NCBI GenBank assembly: GCA_951406725.2
Contig: OX597817.1
Coordinates: forward strand, 1,612,001 to 1,676,000
Origin: Octopus vulgaris
Taxonomy: Eukaryota
Length of the DNA: 64,000 bases
Reading direction: 5' to 3'
The notes under the pieces are model-generated. The model ran no database searches and was not told the origin of the DNA. It worked only from the letters and a program-made list of their open reading frames with translations. The translations under genes and the position numbers were made by a program. Shown here piece by piece: positions 40,985 to 55,353 of this stretch (position 1 is the first letter of the stretch; each line of letters opens with the position of its first letter).

Positions 40985-42497
40985 TCACATACACACACAC
41001 ATGTGCATCCTAGTTTCTCTTTAAATCGTTTTTTATCAGCAATGCATAGTTTCTACCTCAAAGAAGCGTTTTTTGTCTGAGGAAATACTTAACATTCCAT
41101 TGCTAATATTGTCAACTTGCGTTTTTGTCGTTGTAGCTGCATGCTTAAATATATAGTAGGTTTTCGTTTGAATTTCAGGGAGTAAATAGCTCTGTTTTGA
41201 TATCCAAAATTTTGGCGGTATGTAAGATGGCTTCGACGGCAATTTTTATGTTGAATACCTGAAATGTTTCGGGTAGTGACTTATTCGGGTAGTGACTGTT
41301 TATGTGGCTTGAGATTACCAGCATGTGTCATTTTAATGGTGCTCTCTCTCTCTCTCTTTCTCTCTCACACTCTCTTTGCATGTACATGTGTGTGTATGTG
41401 TGTGCATGTGTGTATGTGTGTGTGTGTGCATAGTCTAAACATACGTGCATGCTCTAACAAGGGAAAACCGAAAATAGAAACAGGAGGAAAATTATACAAA
41501 CAATAAAGATATATCGCCTTTTCAGACATTAGTTCTTTATCAAGATAGATGGAAAGAGGAGTAAAAGAAAAATTAAGAAGAAATAAGATGTGACATGATC
41601 TTCAAAGTATTTTGGAGAATGTGATCTTTATGGAAACAATAATGAACCAAAGAAGTTCTTAGAGACTTCAGTTAATGTAAAGGAGGAGTCATGGCTAAGA
41701 ATGTGAAGCTGACAATCGTGAAGACGACAATAGAATACTGTATTATACAACAAACATCTACAACTGTCACATCAGTATTAGACTTTTGTTCTTCCATAAA
41801 CTCTATTAAATATATCTTTCAGTGCATATTATAAACGATATGACTATGCGTAGATGCAATTAGAACTGCGTAAAGTTGTTAGTTATGGCGAAGTTATGCA
41901 GCTTACACAGTTTTAAAATAGTCATGAAGTTAGTTCTCCAGAAGAAATATAGCGATAGTTGCCATGGAAATTGCATGATACATGCTGAGATTCGTCATCC
42001 AGAAGATCATAAGTATAAATGCGAATTTACTTTCAAGTAGGGACATGAAAAAGTAGCATTTCAACATGTCCGAAACTGAAGGAGTTCCCTTACAGCGTGG
42101 TTCAGATTCTACACTGAAAATCCTTAATCATTAAATCTTTTTAAAAAATGTTAATAACACAGAAACAGGGGTTATAGAGACGGTGTGGAATAACCCCTAG
42201 AATATATGCAATTTATCCAAAAGAAGTTAGTCATTATTTTTACTGTATGTAAACACATATAAAACAGCATCTGAAAGTAGAAATTTGCTAAATAACCAAG
42301 AGAAATAGGTGTGCTGAATATCTGAAGTACTAGAAATCATAATCTCTCCCCAAATAAAAGAATTGTTTCATGCTATATATATATATATACCCTAAACAAG
42401 CCTTTGACAAACAAACTCTGGGTTCAACTCTGGGTGAACTTCTGCACTACCAAAAGAATAAAATGTTTTAAGACAAAATACAAATATATATGTATGC

Positions 42498-42530
<33 letters not shown>

Positions 42531-44257
42531 GGCATGGTGCGCACGCATATTTCTGTGTTTCTTGGTTCCTTATAAATTTCCCGCCAACATATAGTTCTCG
42601 AAATAACTGTGGAATTTCGACAGGTACTGCTTGTATTATAAATAAAATATTACATACGCGACTTGTATCATAATATCTAACGTAAATATCGCTGTATACT
42701 ACAAATGAATTATACAAGGAGATGTAAGTATAATCCTTAATTGCAGTCTACGAAACATTATCAAACGTCAAATGCTGCTGAAAATCAAATTGCACCATAT
42801 TATACATTGCTGTAAATATTGTGGCAAATTGCAAGATTATGAAGTATCACAAATATTATCATAAACTGTAATATATCAAGGTATATTATTAATATTGTAT
42901 TGATTATTATTTTGGACTTTCGTATACACTCAATAATTAATGATTATCAGAAAAAAGTTGGTAATTGCAATCGTTACATTAGAATACTGAACAAAGTTTC
43001 ATCCTCATATTCATTTTAATATATAACGAAACAGTATATATTTAAACACTCAAACTTTAAAAAGCAAATTAAAAATAAGTACTTAACAAAATATCAATTC
43101 AATATGCGGTCACTCTTGATGGCACGAGTATATTTATAATGTACAAGAAACAAAAGCAACCAGACCTCTCAGCATAAAGTGTAACCAAGATCTGACAACG
43201 ACAGGACGTTCAAACCTATTCTGACGCATCTAATGATAGATATATCCAAACACAGACATTGCATTTATTAGTGAGCGTGTTGCGTGCTAATGTAGGATGA
43301 GTGCGCCCACCGTCTTAGAATTCATGTACATATATTTATATACTCTTGCGTATATGAACAGGCGTTCGGTTATATTTATAGATGGCAATATTGTTGAGTT
43401 TGTTACTATGATGTCGATGAAAGTGGCTGAGGTAGCGGCAGCGCATGTGGGGGGTGATGGCGTTGGTCAGAGTGTGGTGACAAGACATATGGCAAAGGGG
43501 CTGCAACTATAATGTGATGGTAGTGGTGGTGATGGTGCTAGTGATAGTGATGCTGTCAGCTGTAAATGAAGATGGTAATGGTGCAAGTGAGAAATGGTGC
43601 AAAATGGATATGACAATGAAGATGATGGTGGTGGTGGTGGTGGTGGTGGTGGTTCTGATCATCATCGTCGTCGTCGTCTTCGAAATAGTGTTACTGTTAG
43701 CCGTGACGATAGGGGTGGATATACTATGATGATGGGGGTTGGGAGTTGGGGTGGCAGGCAGGTGTGATTATAACGAAGGCAGCATTAGTACTAATATTTT
43801 GGTTGGTGGTAGCGGCGGCGGTGGCATCGGCGTCGTTTATCGGAAGGATGGAGGTAGAGTTGTGGGTGTGACCACATCCATTAGTACCCGGATATACGCC
43901 GAAACAAATTCGTAATCAATGGATTCCACAGACAATTTCTGCGTCGGATCTCTATGAAATGTACTGAAGAAATAATTAGACACCGGTCAGTTGGTGCTAA
44001 GTCTGAGTGCCTTTTATCTGCCTTCTACGTACGGTAGACATACATTGTGGTTGTTGTTGTCGTTTCTGTTGTTGTAGTTGTTATTGTTCTCATTCTTTAG
44101 TTGCTTTTGATTTCAATGGATGCTTATGTTTTTGTTTTGTTGTTGCTAAACGACTTCCCTACACTTTTTTATTGTTGTTGCTAAAGTTACAAATCATTAC
44201 TTTCAACTATCAGCGTCAGACAACATATTGACAGTAGTAATCACATTAGTTGTGTAT

Positions 44258-44341
<84 letters not shown>

Positions 44342-44414
44342 CCACAAACACACACACACACACACACACAAATACATACATACATACATACATACATACA
44401 TACATGCATAGATA

Positions 44415-44635
44415 CAAGGTGGGCCAAAAGTAGGTATACACTTTAAAACTTCATTTTATTACATTTACGCTAATTACAATTACATTTATAAAATGTAATC
44501 GTAAATGCTCCATTGATATTGTAAATGCTCCACTTTCTTTGTTCTTGACAGAAATTATTTGCCATTATTCGCGGTACCTATCAAAAAATAAATAAGTTAA
44601 TTGGAAAAGTGTATACCTACTTTTGGCCCACCCTG
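44415..44635. mobile_element. Tc1/mariner MITE
   Basis: TIRs ta|caaggtgggccaaaagtaggtatacactt and aagtgtatacctacttttggcccaccctg|ta. Confidence 0.9.
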
Positions 44636-44636
44636 T

Positions 44637-44691
<55 letters not shown>

Positions 44692-44713
44692 CATACATAT
44701 ATATATGTGTGTG

Positions 44714-44918
44714 TGACCGCGTGTGTATCGTGGCGATTTTCTTCCTCCGCCTTCCCTTCTTTGGACCTTTCCTTTTTCTATGTTTCTGACGAAGAGCTCC
44801 GCTCGAAACGTTAAATCCTCCTCCTTTCTTTCCTTTCCTGAGCGTCCAATAACACTATACTTCTTCCACGTCCTCACGTTGTTGTGTTTTCTCTTTGTAT
44901 TTTCACGTTTGGATTAAC

Positions 44919-44919
<1 letters not shown>
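44714..44919 (+). mobile_element. 205-bp hammerhead element, copy 2 (HHR at 44782-44816)
   Basis: Same termini (TGACCGCG..GGATTAACT) as copy 3 and, in reverse, copy 1; CTGACGAAGAGCTCCGCTCGAAACGTT. Confidence 0.85.
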
Positions 44920-44969
<50 letters not shown>

Positions 44970-44972
<3 letters not shown>

Positions 44973-45440
44973 CCATCATGGAATATTCCCATCAAAACTT
45001 CTGTTAAATGTAAGCATAACAGGCCGGATATTGTTTGGGACAGAGGAGCAAATATATGTACCATCATAGAAGTTAGTTCCTCTTTGAAAATCAAAGAAAA
45101 ATAGTATCTCTATGGACAACTTCTTCGAAACCTCCAGCTTCTATATCCAGACTATGAATTCATATTCATACCAATAATAATTGGAGCACTAGATTTTGTT
45201 AATAAATGCTTAAAGGAGAATCTGGATAAACTGGGATTTACAGAAAGAGAAATCGACCGGCTAATTTGTACGTTACAAGTGCAATCTGTGAGTGGAAGAG
45301 TAAAAAGATGCAAAACATTTCTCAAGTTCCAAATGTGAATTTATCAGTGTAACCACATCCCAAAGATGGAGCCTTGCATCTTTGTTGGAAACCGGCTCCC
45401 TCCTCGGTGGAAGATTTATAATAATTAAAAAATAGAAGAT
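44970..45440 (+). mobile_element. 3' end of an RLE-type non-LTR retrotransposon (R4/Dong-like)
   Basis: WNIPIKTSVKCKHNRPDIVWD..IIEVS..EK*YLYGQLLRNL..IPIIIGAL is a PD-(D/E)xK endonuclease; lies between (TA)n and (CATA)n. Confidence 0.75.
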
Positions 45441-45522
45441 ACATACATACATAATACATACATACATACATACATACATACATACATACATACATACATA
45501 CATACATACATACATACATACA

Positions 45523-45850
45523 TGTCAGGTTAGTGCAAAGGTAATGGCCGATTTTAAGGTCCCTATTAAAAATGAATAAGCCTATGATTAAGACAATATT
45601 TATTCGTTAACATAATTTCCATTGCTTTCTAGAACTTCATTTCCTCTGTCAACAAGCTTATAAATGCTACCCTTGTAAAATTGTTTAGGTTTTGATGCGC
45701 ACTATGAATCCAGCTCATTTCTACCTCTTCTCTTGATGTCAACTTAAGACCATTCAAATGGTTCCGTAGTCCCTGAAATAAGTGATAATCAGAGGGAGCA
45801 AGGTCTGGAGAATATGGAGGATGAAGCAATATTTTCCAACCAAGCTCTTG
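45523..45850 (-). pseudogene. mariner transposase C-terminal fragment with TIR
   Basis: LHPPYSPDLAPSDYHLF motif; TIR tcaggttagtgcaaaggtaatggccgatttt. Confidence 0.9.
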
Positions 45851-46173
45851 AAAGATATCTTTGATATATACTTACATAAGAAGTCTGAGTGAGTGCATTT
45901 GTATATGTCTGTGCATACCCCACCGGCATGTATATGTATAACAAAAGAAGGAGTATATTTCCTCGCAGGAAAATCTATTGGGGAACTTATTGCTGAAAAT
46001 GCACCTGAATTTAAAAAACTAGTAATTGTTTTTAAATAAATTTATTTACATACATACCAAACAAGTTTCAACAACATTTTTGTTTATCAATTGTAAAAAT
46101 TTAAAATTGCGAAGTATAAAAGTATGTTTAAAGGATTCGATGTTTACAAAATTCAATAATATCAAATATGATT

Positions 46174-46240
<67 letters not shown>

Positions 46241-46267
46241 ACAGAAAATGGAGAAGTACTGATGCAC

Positions 46268-47090
46268 TAGTTAGTTAGCTAGTTAGTTAATTTGGCTCAA
46301 AAACAAATAGCAAGGCCATGTAGGGGGACATGGAGTTAAGTACAGGTTGGTGTTCATGTAAAGAGTTCAGGCCACTTGAGGTCAAGGGAGGCTTTGAACA
46401 AAGTGGTCGTCGGCATCTTCACCATCTCGTCTGGCAGCTTGTTCCACGGATCCGCAACCCGGACGGAGAAAGCTCCTCTCCTTCGATTGAGATGAAATCG
46501 TCGCAGGTAGAGCTTTTCGGAATGACCCCGCAGCCGACGCTCTAGAGAAGGAGTGAAGAACAGCTCTTTCGAGAGGTTACACTTTCCGCTTATGATGTTG
46601 TGGGCGAGAATGAGATCACCACGGCGGCGGCGTTTTTCTAGAGAATAAAGGTCGAGCGTCCTCAGCCTTTCTTCGTAGGACAAATTTTTGAGACCATGAA
46701 CCATGCGGGTAGCCAGCTTCTGGACTCTTTCGAGATGCTGTATGTCTTTGAGGAGATAAGGAGAAGAGGCTTGAATCCCATACTCCAATATGGGTCTCAC
46801 CAGCGTGACATAGAGTGGTAGGAATATGGCTGCTGTGAGCATTCCGAATGACCGTCGAATCAAGAACAGAATTCCGCGTGCTTTGTTGGCAGCATGGACG
46901 CACTGGTCCGAAGGCGAAAAGGAGGAATCCACCAAGATACCCAGGTCCTTTACCTGATCGGTCCTCTCCAGCAGCAGACGACCCGGCTCGAAATCAAGTT
47001 GAGTTGCAGGAGGAGAGCCAACAGGCAGATGACAGCACATTGACACGTTCAGACACAGGTCCCATTCGTTAGACCACCTCTAAATTTGAC
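46268..47090 (-). mobile_element. 5'-truncated CR1-clade LINE (ORF2 C-terminus, 46354-47046)
   Basis: KDLGILVD..LYVTLVRPILEY..LERVQKLATRMV..SYEERLRTLDLYSLEKRRRRGDLI..RGH..WNKLP; (TAAC)n tail. Confidence 0.92.
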
Positions 47091-47133
47091 TTACATCAAT
47101 TATTATTTATTAATTCACTACAAATAGTCTACG

Positions 47134-47263
47134 TCCCATCTAACATCTGTTTCTGCTTCCGATGTTGTATGGTTTTGCTATTGATATGCAAGAATATGTA
47201 AAAATATTAATCATACTTGGTAATAAAACCGATTTGAAACAAGGATCTTCATCAGAGTGAAGA
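47134..47263 (-). ncRNA. Degenerate hammerhead motif with ~95-nt stem II
   Basis: Minus strand TTCACT-CTGATGA-AG..GGTTTT..AAAACC..-GAAAC-AGAT-GTT^-AGATGG near the PLE 3' end. Confidence 0.45.
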
Positions 47264-49379
47264 ATAAATAAAGAAGAGCATAGAGAAGAAAAGAGAAAAC
47301 TAGCTGTAATCTTACTATTTTGCTTGTGGGTCTCTTTGGACCATTAAGTAAAAGACTAAAACAAAATAGCAATTATTGGAATAATCCTTTGTACAGGGTG
47401 GGGACAGGGGGGATAAATAATAAAAAACAAAAAAATAACAGTGGGATACGACAATAGGTTTTAATCGGATAAGGGGTGTAGATACAGTAAGGATTTATAT
47501 TATTCATAATAATTTATAATAGTTATGTTTGTAGTACTAATTAATAGTATTAATCATAATAAAGTGCTAATCGGTTAAATGCAATTTATTTATTTAAGTC
47601 CTTCCACCTGTTGTCCGAAGTGAGATAGGCCACGATCCAATGTTCCATGTAATTGGTCAGTTGAAATTTAAGAACAGAAGACCAGCTATGGAGACCGTTA
47701 TACAGGGTAAGATAAACAAATAAATGAATATGTAGGTGGAGTATGTTGTAAGGGCCCTAAAACGCTTAGGATACTAAATACTAAATTAAAGAATATTATG
47801 GAATAAATATTAAGAGAGAAACCTATTCTGACATTTAGGAAGTAAGATGGTTAGGGTTGAAAAAGGTCCAACAGTCTAGTAATAGGAATGCGAAATTAGT
47901 AAAAACAATGAAACAAATTAATACCGTAGGGAAGTTACTGAAATATTTCTGGTTAAGGATAGGTAATAGCTAGGGTTAGTGGCCATAATTAGTGACTGCT
48001 GGTTCCAGTACACCCCCAAAATGAGTTGACTAACCTAACTAACAGCTAATCTTCCAGCTAATTAATTAAACGATCTTAAATCAGTCAGCCTAGTGGTCGA
48101 TTAACTGAGTAAAAGTAGATATCCCTAATTAAATTAATGGTTACAATTTATAGTTAAAATTAAAAATTAAAATACGTGCAGATTGTTTTTACAAGCTCTT
48201 ACTACAATTTGCTCATGCATTGATACACAAAAAAATTTAACATACATATATATACATAGACCTATGTACACTCCCATACACGTATGTGCACTCCCATACA
48301 GCATCCATCCACCCAAGTACACACGCCTATGTACCCGAATAATTATAATATATATCATATTGCTATATAACACATACATGGGTACTTACATATGCCACTT
48401 TCGACAAATAATCCTCCATGCAAGTAGTAATACATATAATCATAATAATAACAATATTGATAGCACGTAGATAAGTGCTGACTGCAAAACAAAGATCAAG
48501 CAAATACATAAGTAAAAGGGGGCGTGGGAGTGTCAAGTTAGTATTAAAGTGTTAAATAAATATTTCGTTGTGCGATGGTGGTGGGGATAGTGAGAGGCGT
48601 AAATCGAATAAGGGGGGGTTCTTCATTCAATAGAAGTAGACCAATGCTGCCTTAGAGTGGTCCTCAATAAACTAAAGTGAAACAAGCAAACGATGAGAAT
48701 GGGAAGGTAAAGTATGTTACAAATACAAATTCATTCATTATTAAGTTTGGGGGATCAAGATAATATTAAGGGAGGGAGTATGGTAGGGAAATGGAAACTT
48801 GTGCACTCTATAGTCTAAATTTATGTTAAGAGTTAAGGGAACTGGCATTATATGGTTACAAGAAGGAGTAAACAGTCAGGATCGAATTCTACTATTTCTA
48901 TGGTGAAGAACTATGGGTGCATCTTCTCCCTTAATGGGGAAGATGCGTATTAGATACTTATAATTATTTATATCTGGAGAAGGCAAATTTATCCTTGTGC
49001 AGGCAGGTTTATTTCGCTCTTCTCTAGCGTTGAGTTGCGGTATTCTAGCCTTTAATATGAATGATTTCCATTGATGCACAAGTGACATATCTTATTTTTT
49101 ACATTGTTTGAAGATTCGGAGGCTAGGAATTTCCATTCTAAATCAAAACTAATATCATTATCTTTAACCTCTCAAATATATTTACTTAATCCGGTCAAGC
49201 TAAACTTATTTCTATTTCTGAAAGTATGTAGGTGCGCGGCTAATCGCTTCATTTCGTTTTGGGTAGCCCCCATGTATGTATGTATGTATGTATGTATGTA
49301 TGTATGTATGTATGTATGTATGTATGTATGTATGTATGTATGTATGTATGTATGTATGTATGTATGTATGTATGTATGC

Positions 49380-49464
<85 letters not shown>

Positions 49465-49669
49465 TGACCGCGTGTGTACAGTTGGCGATTTTTTTCCCCT
49501 CTGTCTTCCCTTCCTTGGATCTTTCCTTCTCCTATGTTTTCGACGAAGAGCTCCGCTCGAAACGTTAAACCCTCCGTCTTCCCTTCTTTCCTGAGCGTCC
49601 AATAATACTATATTTGTTCCACGTCCTCGCGTTGTTGTGTTTTTTTGTTTTTTCTTGTTTGGATTAACT
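49465..49669 (+). mobile_element. 205-bp hammerhead element, copy 3 (HHR at 49536-49570, core mutated to TCGACGA)
   Basis: Same termini and body as copies 1 and 2; (TA)n on both sides. Confidence 0.85.
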
Positions 49670-49670
49670 A

Positions 49671-49726
<56 letters not shown>

Positions 49727-49906
49727 TACTTATTACTGGATTGATGTTTTTTGTGTGTGTATGAATGCGTGGGCAAATTGTTGTAAGAGCTTACATCTGT
49801 AAAAACATTCTGCAGATATTTTAATTTAAAACCCTAACTAAATTGTAACTATTAATTTAATTAGGGATATCTACTTTTTACTTATTTAATTGGTTACTAG
49901 GTCAAT

Positions 49907-49947
<41 letters not shown>

Positions 49948-50139
49948 CATTGGCCTTCAGAGATTCAGGGTTCGTGTCTGCTGTGCTGGAGATCACTGGG
50001 AGTGAGGTACCCTTTAGCTTTTGCTGAAGCATACCCCTAGAAGTCGCTCTTGTATAAACACAGATATTCAGGGAATACATCGTACATTTTGGGTACCTCC
50101 TGTCTGCGCTTGAGATCATGGTGCTCCCACATGACTGAG

Positions 50140-50460
50140 ACTTTGCCTTTCATCATTTCGGGATTGATAAATTAATTACCAGAGGAGCACCAGAGTCGAT
50201 GTAATCGACTTACTCTTTCACCTTAACCGATATTACGAAGGGGAAATAAGACGGCGCGATGACAGAATCGTTAACAAACCGGGGAAAATGCTTAGCGGCA
50301 TTTTGTCCGTCATCACATTCCTAGTTTCAGGTTCCAGGATCGACTTTGCCTTTCATCCTTCCAAGATTAACGAAATAAGCACCAGTTGAACATTGGGGTT
50401 GATGTTAACGACTTACCTCTCCCCCGAAATTGCTGGCCTTGTGCCAAAACTTGAAATCAA
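50140..50460 (+). mobile_element. Degenerate SINE B copies
   Basis: gactttgcctttcatc motif occurs twice. Confidence 0.75.
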
Positions 50461-51161
50461 TATAGCAAAGGGAATTTAAACTTAGCAACAAGCTGTTATA
50501 GTAATTATAAGTATGACCTTTCGGCAATTATAACAGAAAAAAAATTCTTCAGCTGTAAAACGATTAGCAAAAGGCTCAATATACAAATACAAACAAATTA
50601 GGTCTAGAGCAACAATATAAGATATGCAAATGCAGCTAAAATTGAAATGCATGTAGGTACGCTTGCATGTATGTGCTTGTTTTTGTGTGTGTCTCTGTAA
50701 GTGTGTGAGAGTGGAGAGTAAGTTGGAATAAGTAGACATGCCGTTTATATTTAAATTATTTTAGTCGTTGTACATCGTTGTTTGTAAGCAGGTACATTAA
50801 AATATTTATCTAGCTTGAGTTAACACAGAAACCTTTATACACTCGTATTAATTGTCAGACTTATGTAATTCTCACTTCTTCATGTCGGCCGGCACTTAAC
50901 TATATATCATTCTACAACAAGACAGGTTTGGGATTTCTTACACACACACACGCACACACACACACAGACACGCACACACACACATATACACACACACACA
51001 CACACGCACAGACACAAACGTACATGTACGATGAAATAAGTGTAGAAGTGAAAGAAAAGAGTAGTAATGAAAACATATTGCAGCGGTAATTTGTAGCAAC
51101 AAGTTGACTTAGATTCAATTGCTAAAAGTTTGACAAACGTGTCTTTTTATATATATGCACA

Positions 51162-51258
<97 letters not shown>

Positions 51259-51289
51259 CTCTCTCTCTCTATATATATATATATGTATG

Positions 51290-51322
<33 letters not shown>

Positions 51323-51377
51323 ATCATATAAATACAGATGCATATATATATGCATATACATATACATACATATATAT

Positions 51378-51409
<32 letters not shown>

Positions 51410-51699
51410 TTATATATATGTATACGCAAAGAAAATTATATCTTTATTTCAGATCACACCTTAAAAATCCAACAACTGTTACTATTGCATTAACATATAT
51501 ATACATACATGCATATATGCACCATCGTATAATATTGGTAATTCTACTTGTGATCTTTGCTTCGAAGAATTATATTTTATAATTACTTCTAAATTAATTT
51601 TATTGAATTAAATGGGCACTTAACTTTAAGACTTTGCCACAAATTTAGAAAGACATTCAAATAGTTCAAATATTAATTGTAATAATTTTTAAAATTAAT

Positions 51700-52530
51700 T
51701 TTTATATAATCAGGTTAATTTCTATTAATGTGCTTAATATATCGAGTAAGTAATTAGTTATAGCGATGTAAAGTATCTAAGCTTCGATTAAGTATAACGT
51801 AGAATTCTTATCTATAATTTTTATTCTTTTAATTATCCACCCAGAGCATCAAGAATTGTTTATGTTATTAATTGAAGTAATTTTACCATTATTGTATAAT
51901 AATCTTATAAACGGGTATGATGTAAAAATAAAGGGGTATTTAATTATCTCATCCGTTATTTTTATTCTTTAGTTATTTAGCGTAGTCATCAATAACTGTA
52001 TATACTATTATGAATTATGATAAGTTTTCTATTATCATATAATAAGGTTAATTCCTATATAAGAGTTTATCACTATGAATAAATAGATATTTGGTTGTCT
52101 TTTCTGTAATTTTTATTTTTTAACTACCTAGTGAGATCCTCAATAGTTGCATATATTGTCGAATATAATAATACTTCAGTTATTATAAAATAAAGTTAAT
52201 TCTTATAGAAGGGCTTATCATAGTAAATAAATAAACAGGTGATTAATTATTGCGACGTAACGTATATGTTTCTATTAAGCATTACATACAATTATTATCT
52301 GTAGTTTTTATTCTTTAGTTATCTATTAAGCATAACGTAGAATTCTTGTCTGAGGTTTTTGTTCTTTAGATATTCAATGACGTCATCAATTTTAGTAGAT
52401 AACGATACTCGTTTTCTCCGTTAGATTTTTTATAGAAGATTTCAAATTATCAAAAAATATGGAACTAGTATGGTATTTTTAGATTTTATTTTTATACACT
52501 AAATTAGTTATTCAATGACGTCGCTCTTGG
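51700..52530. repeat. Degenerate AT-rich tandem repeat
   Basis: Recurring t.tctgtaatttttattcttta.ttat..catcaata and aggttaatt.ctat blocks about every 150-190 bp. Confidence 0.55.
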
Positions 52531-52651
52531 TTTGGCATTTCTTTCTGTTAGGTTTTGCTAAATTTTTTCAGATGTTCTGTTAGAATTTCGCCAATTTGGA
52601 TTACCTTGATAATATTGTGTTAACAAATTTTCGTACATATTAATTTTAATA

Positions 52652-52736
<85 letters not shown>

Positions 52737-53529
52737 AGTGTGTGTGCGTGTATGTGTGCATGTTGTATGTGTGTGTGTATGAATATATATATATATGTAT
52801 GTATGTATATGTTAACGTAATTGAAACAAGTTTTGGATTTGATTTTTAAGGTATGATCTAAAATAAAGACATGGTTTTCTTCGTACGTATTTTTGATTGT
52901 TGTTAATTCTCCAAATTCCTTAAAATTATGCATAAGGATTGTTGGATTTACCTGAATTACGCCAGGATTTACCTAGGATTTGTATTCTACAGACATTTAC
53001 TGGAATCTGATTGTTGGAAATTTAAACTTATTCCTTTATACTGAGTGCTGACTTGATATCTGTCAGGAATTTTTAGTTCCATTTTTCTTATATATATATA
53101 CACACATACATATATATGTATGCATACACACACGCATGATAGATTTACATACATCAGTTTTCTTGACTTACTAAATCGCCATCTCCCGCCAAAAATATTA
53201 AATGAAATTATAAAAGAGAAAAGAAAAAAGAAAGAAAACGTTAGACAGAGGTAGGGATTGAAATATCCCGGATTCTACTGTAGCCGATAATTGCAAAGAG
53301 AAAGTATTTTCCACAGGAACACACTAATGACCAGTTACACCAAAAATCTTTCTTTGATATTTTCCGAACTTGCTTTTTGGACTCTTCTAAACAGATCCGT
53401 TTCGATTCGAATATCTTAGTTCAAATTCTGATACATATGTTTGAATGATGTGAGTATCTTGCTTGAACAAAGTACACTTCACTCGAGAAGGATACTGACA
53501 CTAATCTAGACTCCTTTTGTAGCCTTTGA

Positions 53530-53670
53530 AAGTTCTTTCAGAGCACTGGTGAATATCTTAAGAGCGCACCAATGCTGGGTCTTCTTATGTCCAAACATTA
53601 TGAGTTTGGACATAAGAGGGCCCAGTATTGGTGTGCTCTTAAGATATTCACCAGTGCTCTGAAAGAACTT
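53530..53670. repeat. 141-bp fold-back hairpin abutting (TA)n
   Basis: 67-bp arms, loop attatga; 4 mismatches, all G-T on the plus strand. Confidence 0.9.
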
Positions 53671-53693
53671 ATATATATATACATACACACATA

Positions 53694-53757
<64 letters not shown>

Positions 53758-53874
53758 TATGTATGCGTTCACATACAAACAAACACACACACACATACAC
53801 TCACACATGCAAATACATATTAATATATGTATATTATAAATCGACTGCAGAAAAGAACATAAGCATACGCACAA

Positions 53875-53921
<47 letters not shown>

Positions 53922-54518
53922 AGCATTTATAAATATATACATATAACATATATACGTGCGCTCGCGTATGTGGTGTGTGTTTTAGCACCTATATACAGAC
54001 AAATTCACACAAGCATACACACCACAAACACACTAGCACACGCACATGCACTCACCAACATAATACACACAGACACACAATCCTATATAAACACGCTCTG
54101 TCTTCATTGATCTGTATTCGACATTTTTCAGCTAGCAATTTCAATTCTGAAGTTTTCCGCTTGAAGAGAATGTAACATGCTCGATTTCGCACGTAAATTC
54201 TTAATATACTTCTTTAAGTTACCTTTATAAAACGAGTCTCACTTTCTCTTGACTCCCATAACTTTCTATTTCTATACGTTTCAGTGATGTGGTGAGGGTT
54301 GAGCAAACGAAGGAGAAGGACTTTGTGCGCATTTAGGCTTTATATGCTTATGAGTATATTTATTTATGAAGTATCATTGCTGTCTATCTGTTATCATGCA
54401 TATGTCTACCTCTCCTTCTCTCAGTCCCTTAGTCTGTTTATATATCTGTCTGTTTGAATGTCTGCCTGCCACTCTATCTCTCTCTCTTTCTATCGCTCTC
54501 TCGCTCTCTCTCTCTCTC

Positions 54519-54579
<61 letters not shown>

Positions 54580-54599
54580 GTATACATATATATATGTAT

Positions 54600-54630
<31 letters not shown>

Positions 54631-54733
54631 ATGTATACATATATATATATATACACACATGCATAACATATGTATACATGTATGTGTGTGTATGTGTATT
54701 TATATGCACTCTATCTATCTATCTATCTATCTA

Positions 54734-54800
<67 letters not shown>

Positions 54801-55208
54801 GCACACGTTTGACAGACAAATGCCTTACTGAGTTGCAGCAGTTAATTCCACTAAATGGCGACATTGACTCGCACGTGAATGTCACCTTTGTTAAGTAACG
54901 AACCGAAAATATTTCATTTTAGTTGAAGAAACTAACCAGACAAAAGGCATTGAATTGCTACAGGATCATTTCGTGAATGAAGATAAATATGAATATGTTT
55001 TTTTTTTTTAACTAACATGGTCTGTTAAGCCCCACCAATAGACCATATTGTAATGTTTTTAGTTTGAATTCGACGCACCTACCGCCTTTTGTTTCTTTCA
55101 GTCGGAGACGGGCCAGAGTATTACTGTGGGGACAATTACTTATTGGCGGTTGTTAGTGCATGAGAACAGAGGGTTAATGAATAAATACTCTTTTGTTGTT
55201 GTCGTTCC

Positions 55209-55219
55209 TGATGATGATG

Positions 55220-55277
<58 letters not shown>

Positions 55278-55353
55278 CGATGACGATGACGATGATGACG
55301 ACGATGATGACGACAATGATGATGATGACGATGATGATGATGATGATGATGAC
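55209..55353. repeat. (GAT/GAC)n microsatellite
   Basis: Direct reading. Confidence 0.95.

Larger units (their letters stand above)
47092..49910 (-). mobile_element. Penelope-like element remnant with long 3' region and inverted 5' segment
   Basis: GIY-YIG C-half [62 protein letters not shown] (49272-48990). 49745-49900 is an inverted copy of 48089-48237. Interrupted by microsatellites and 205-bp copy 3. Confidence 0.75.
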
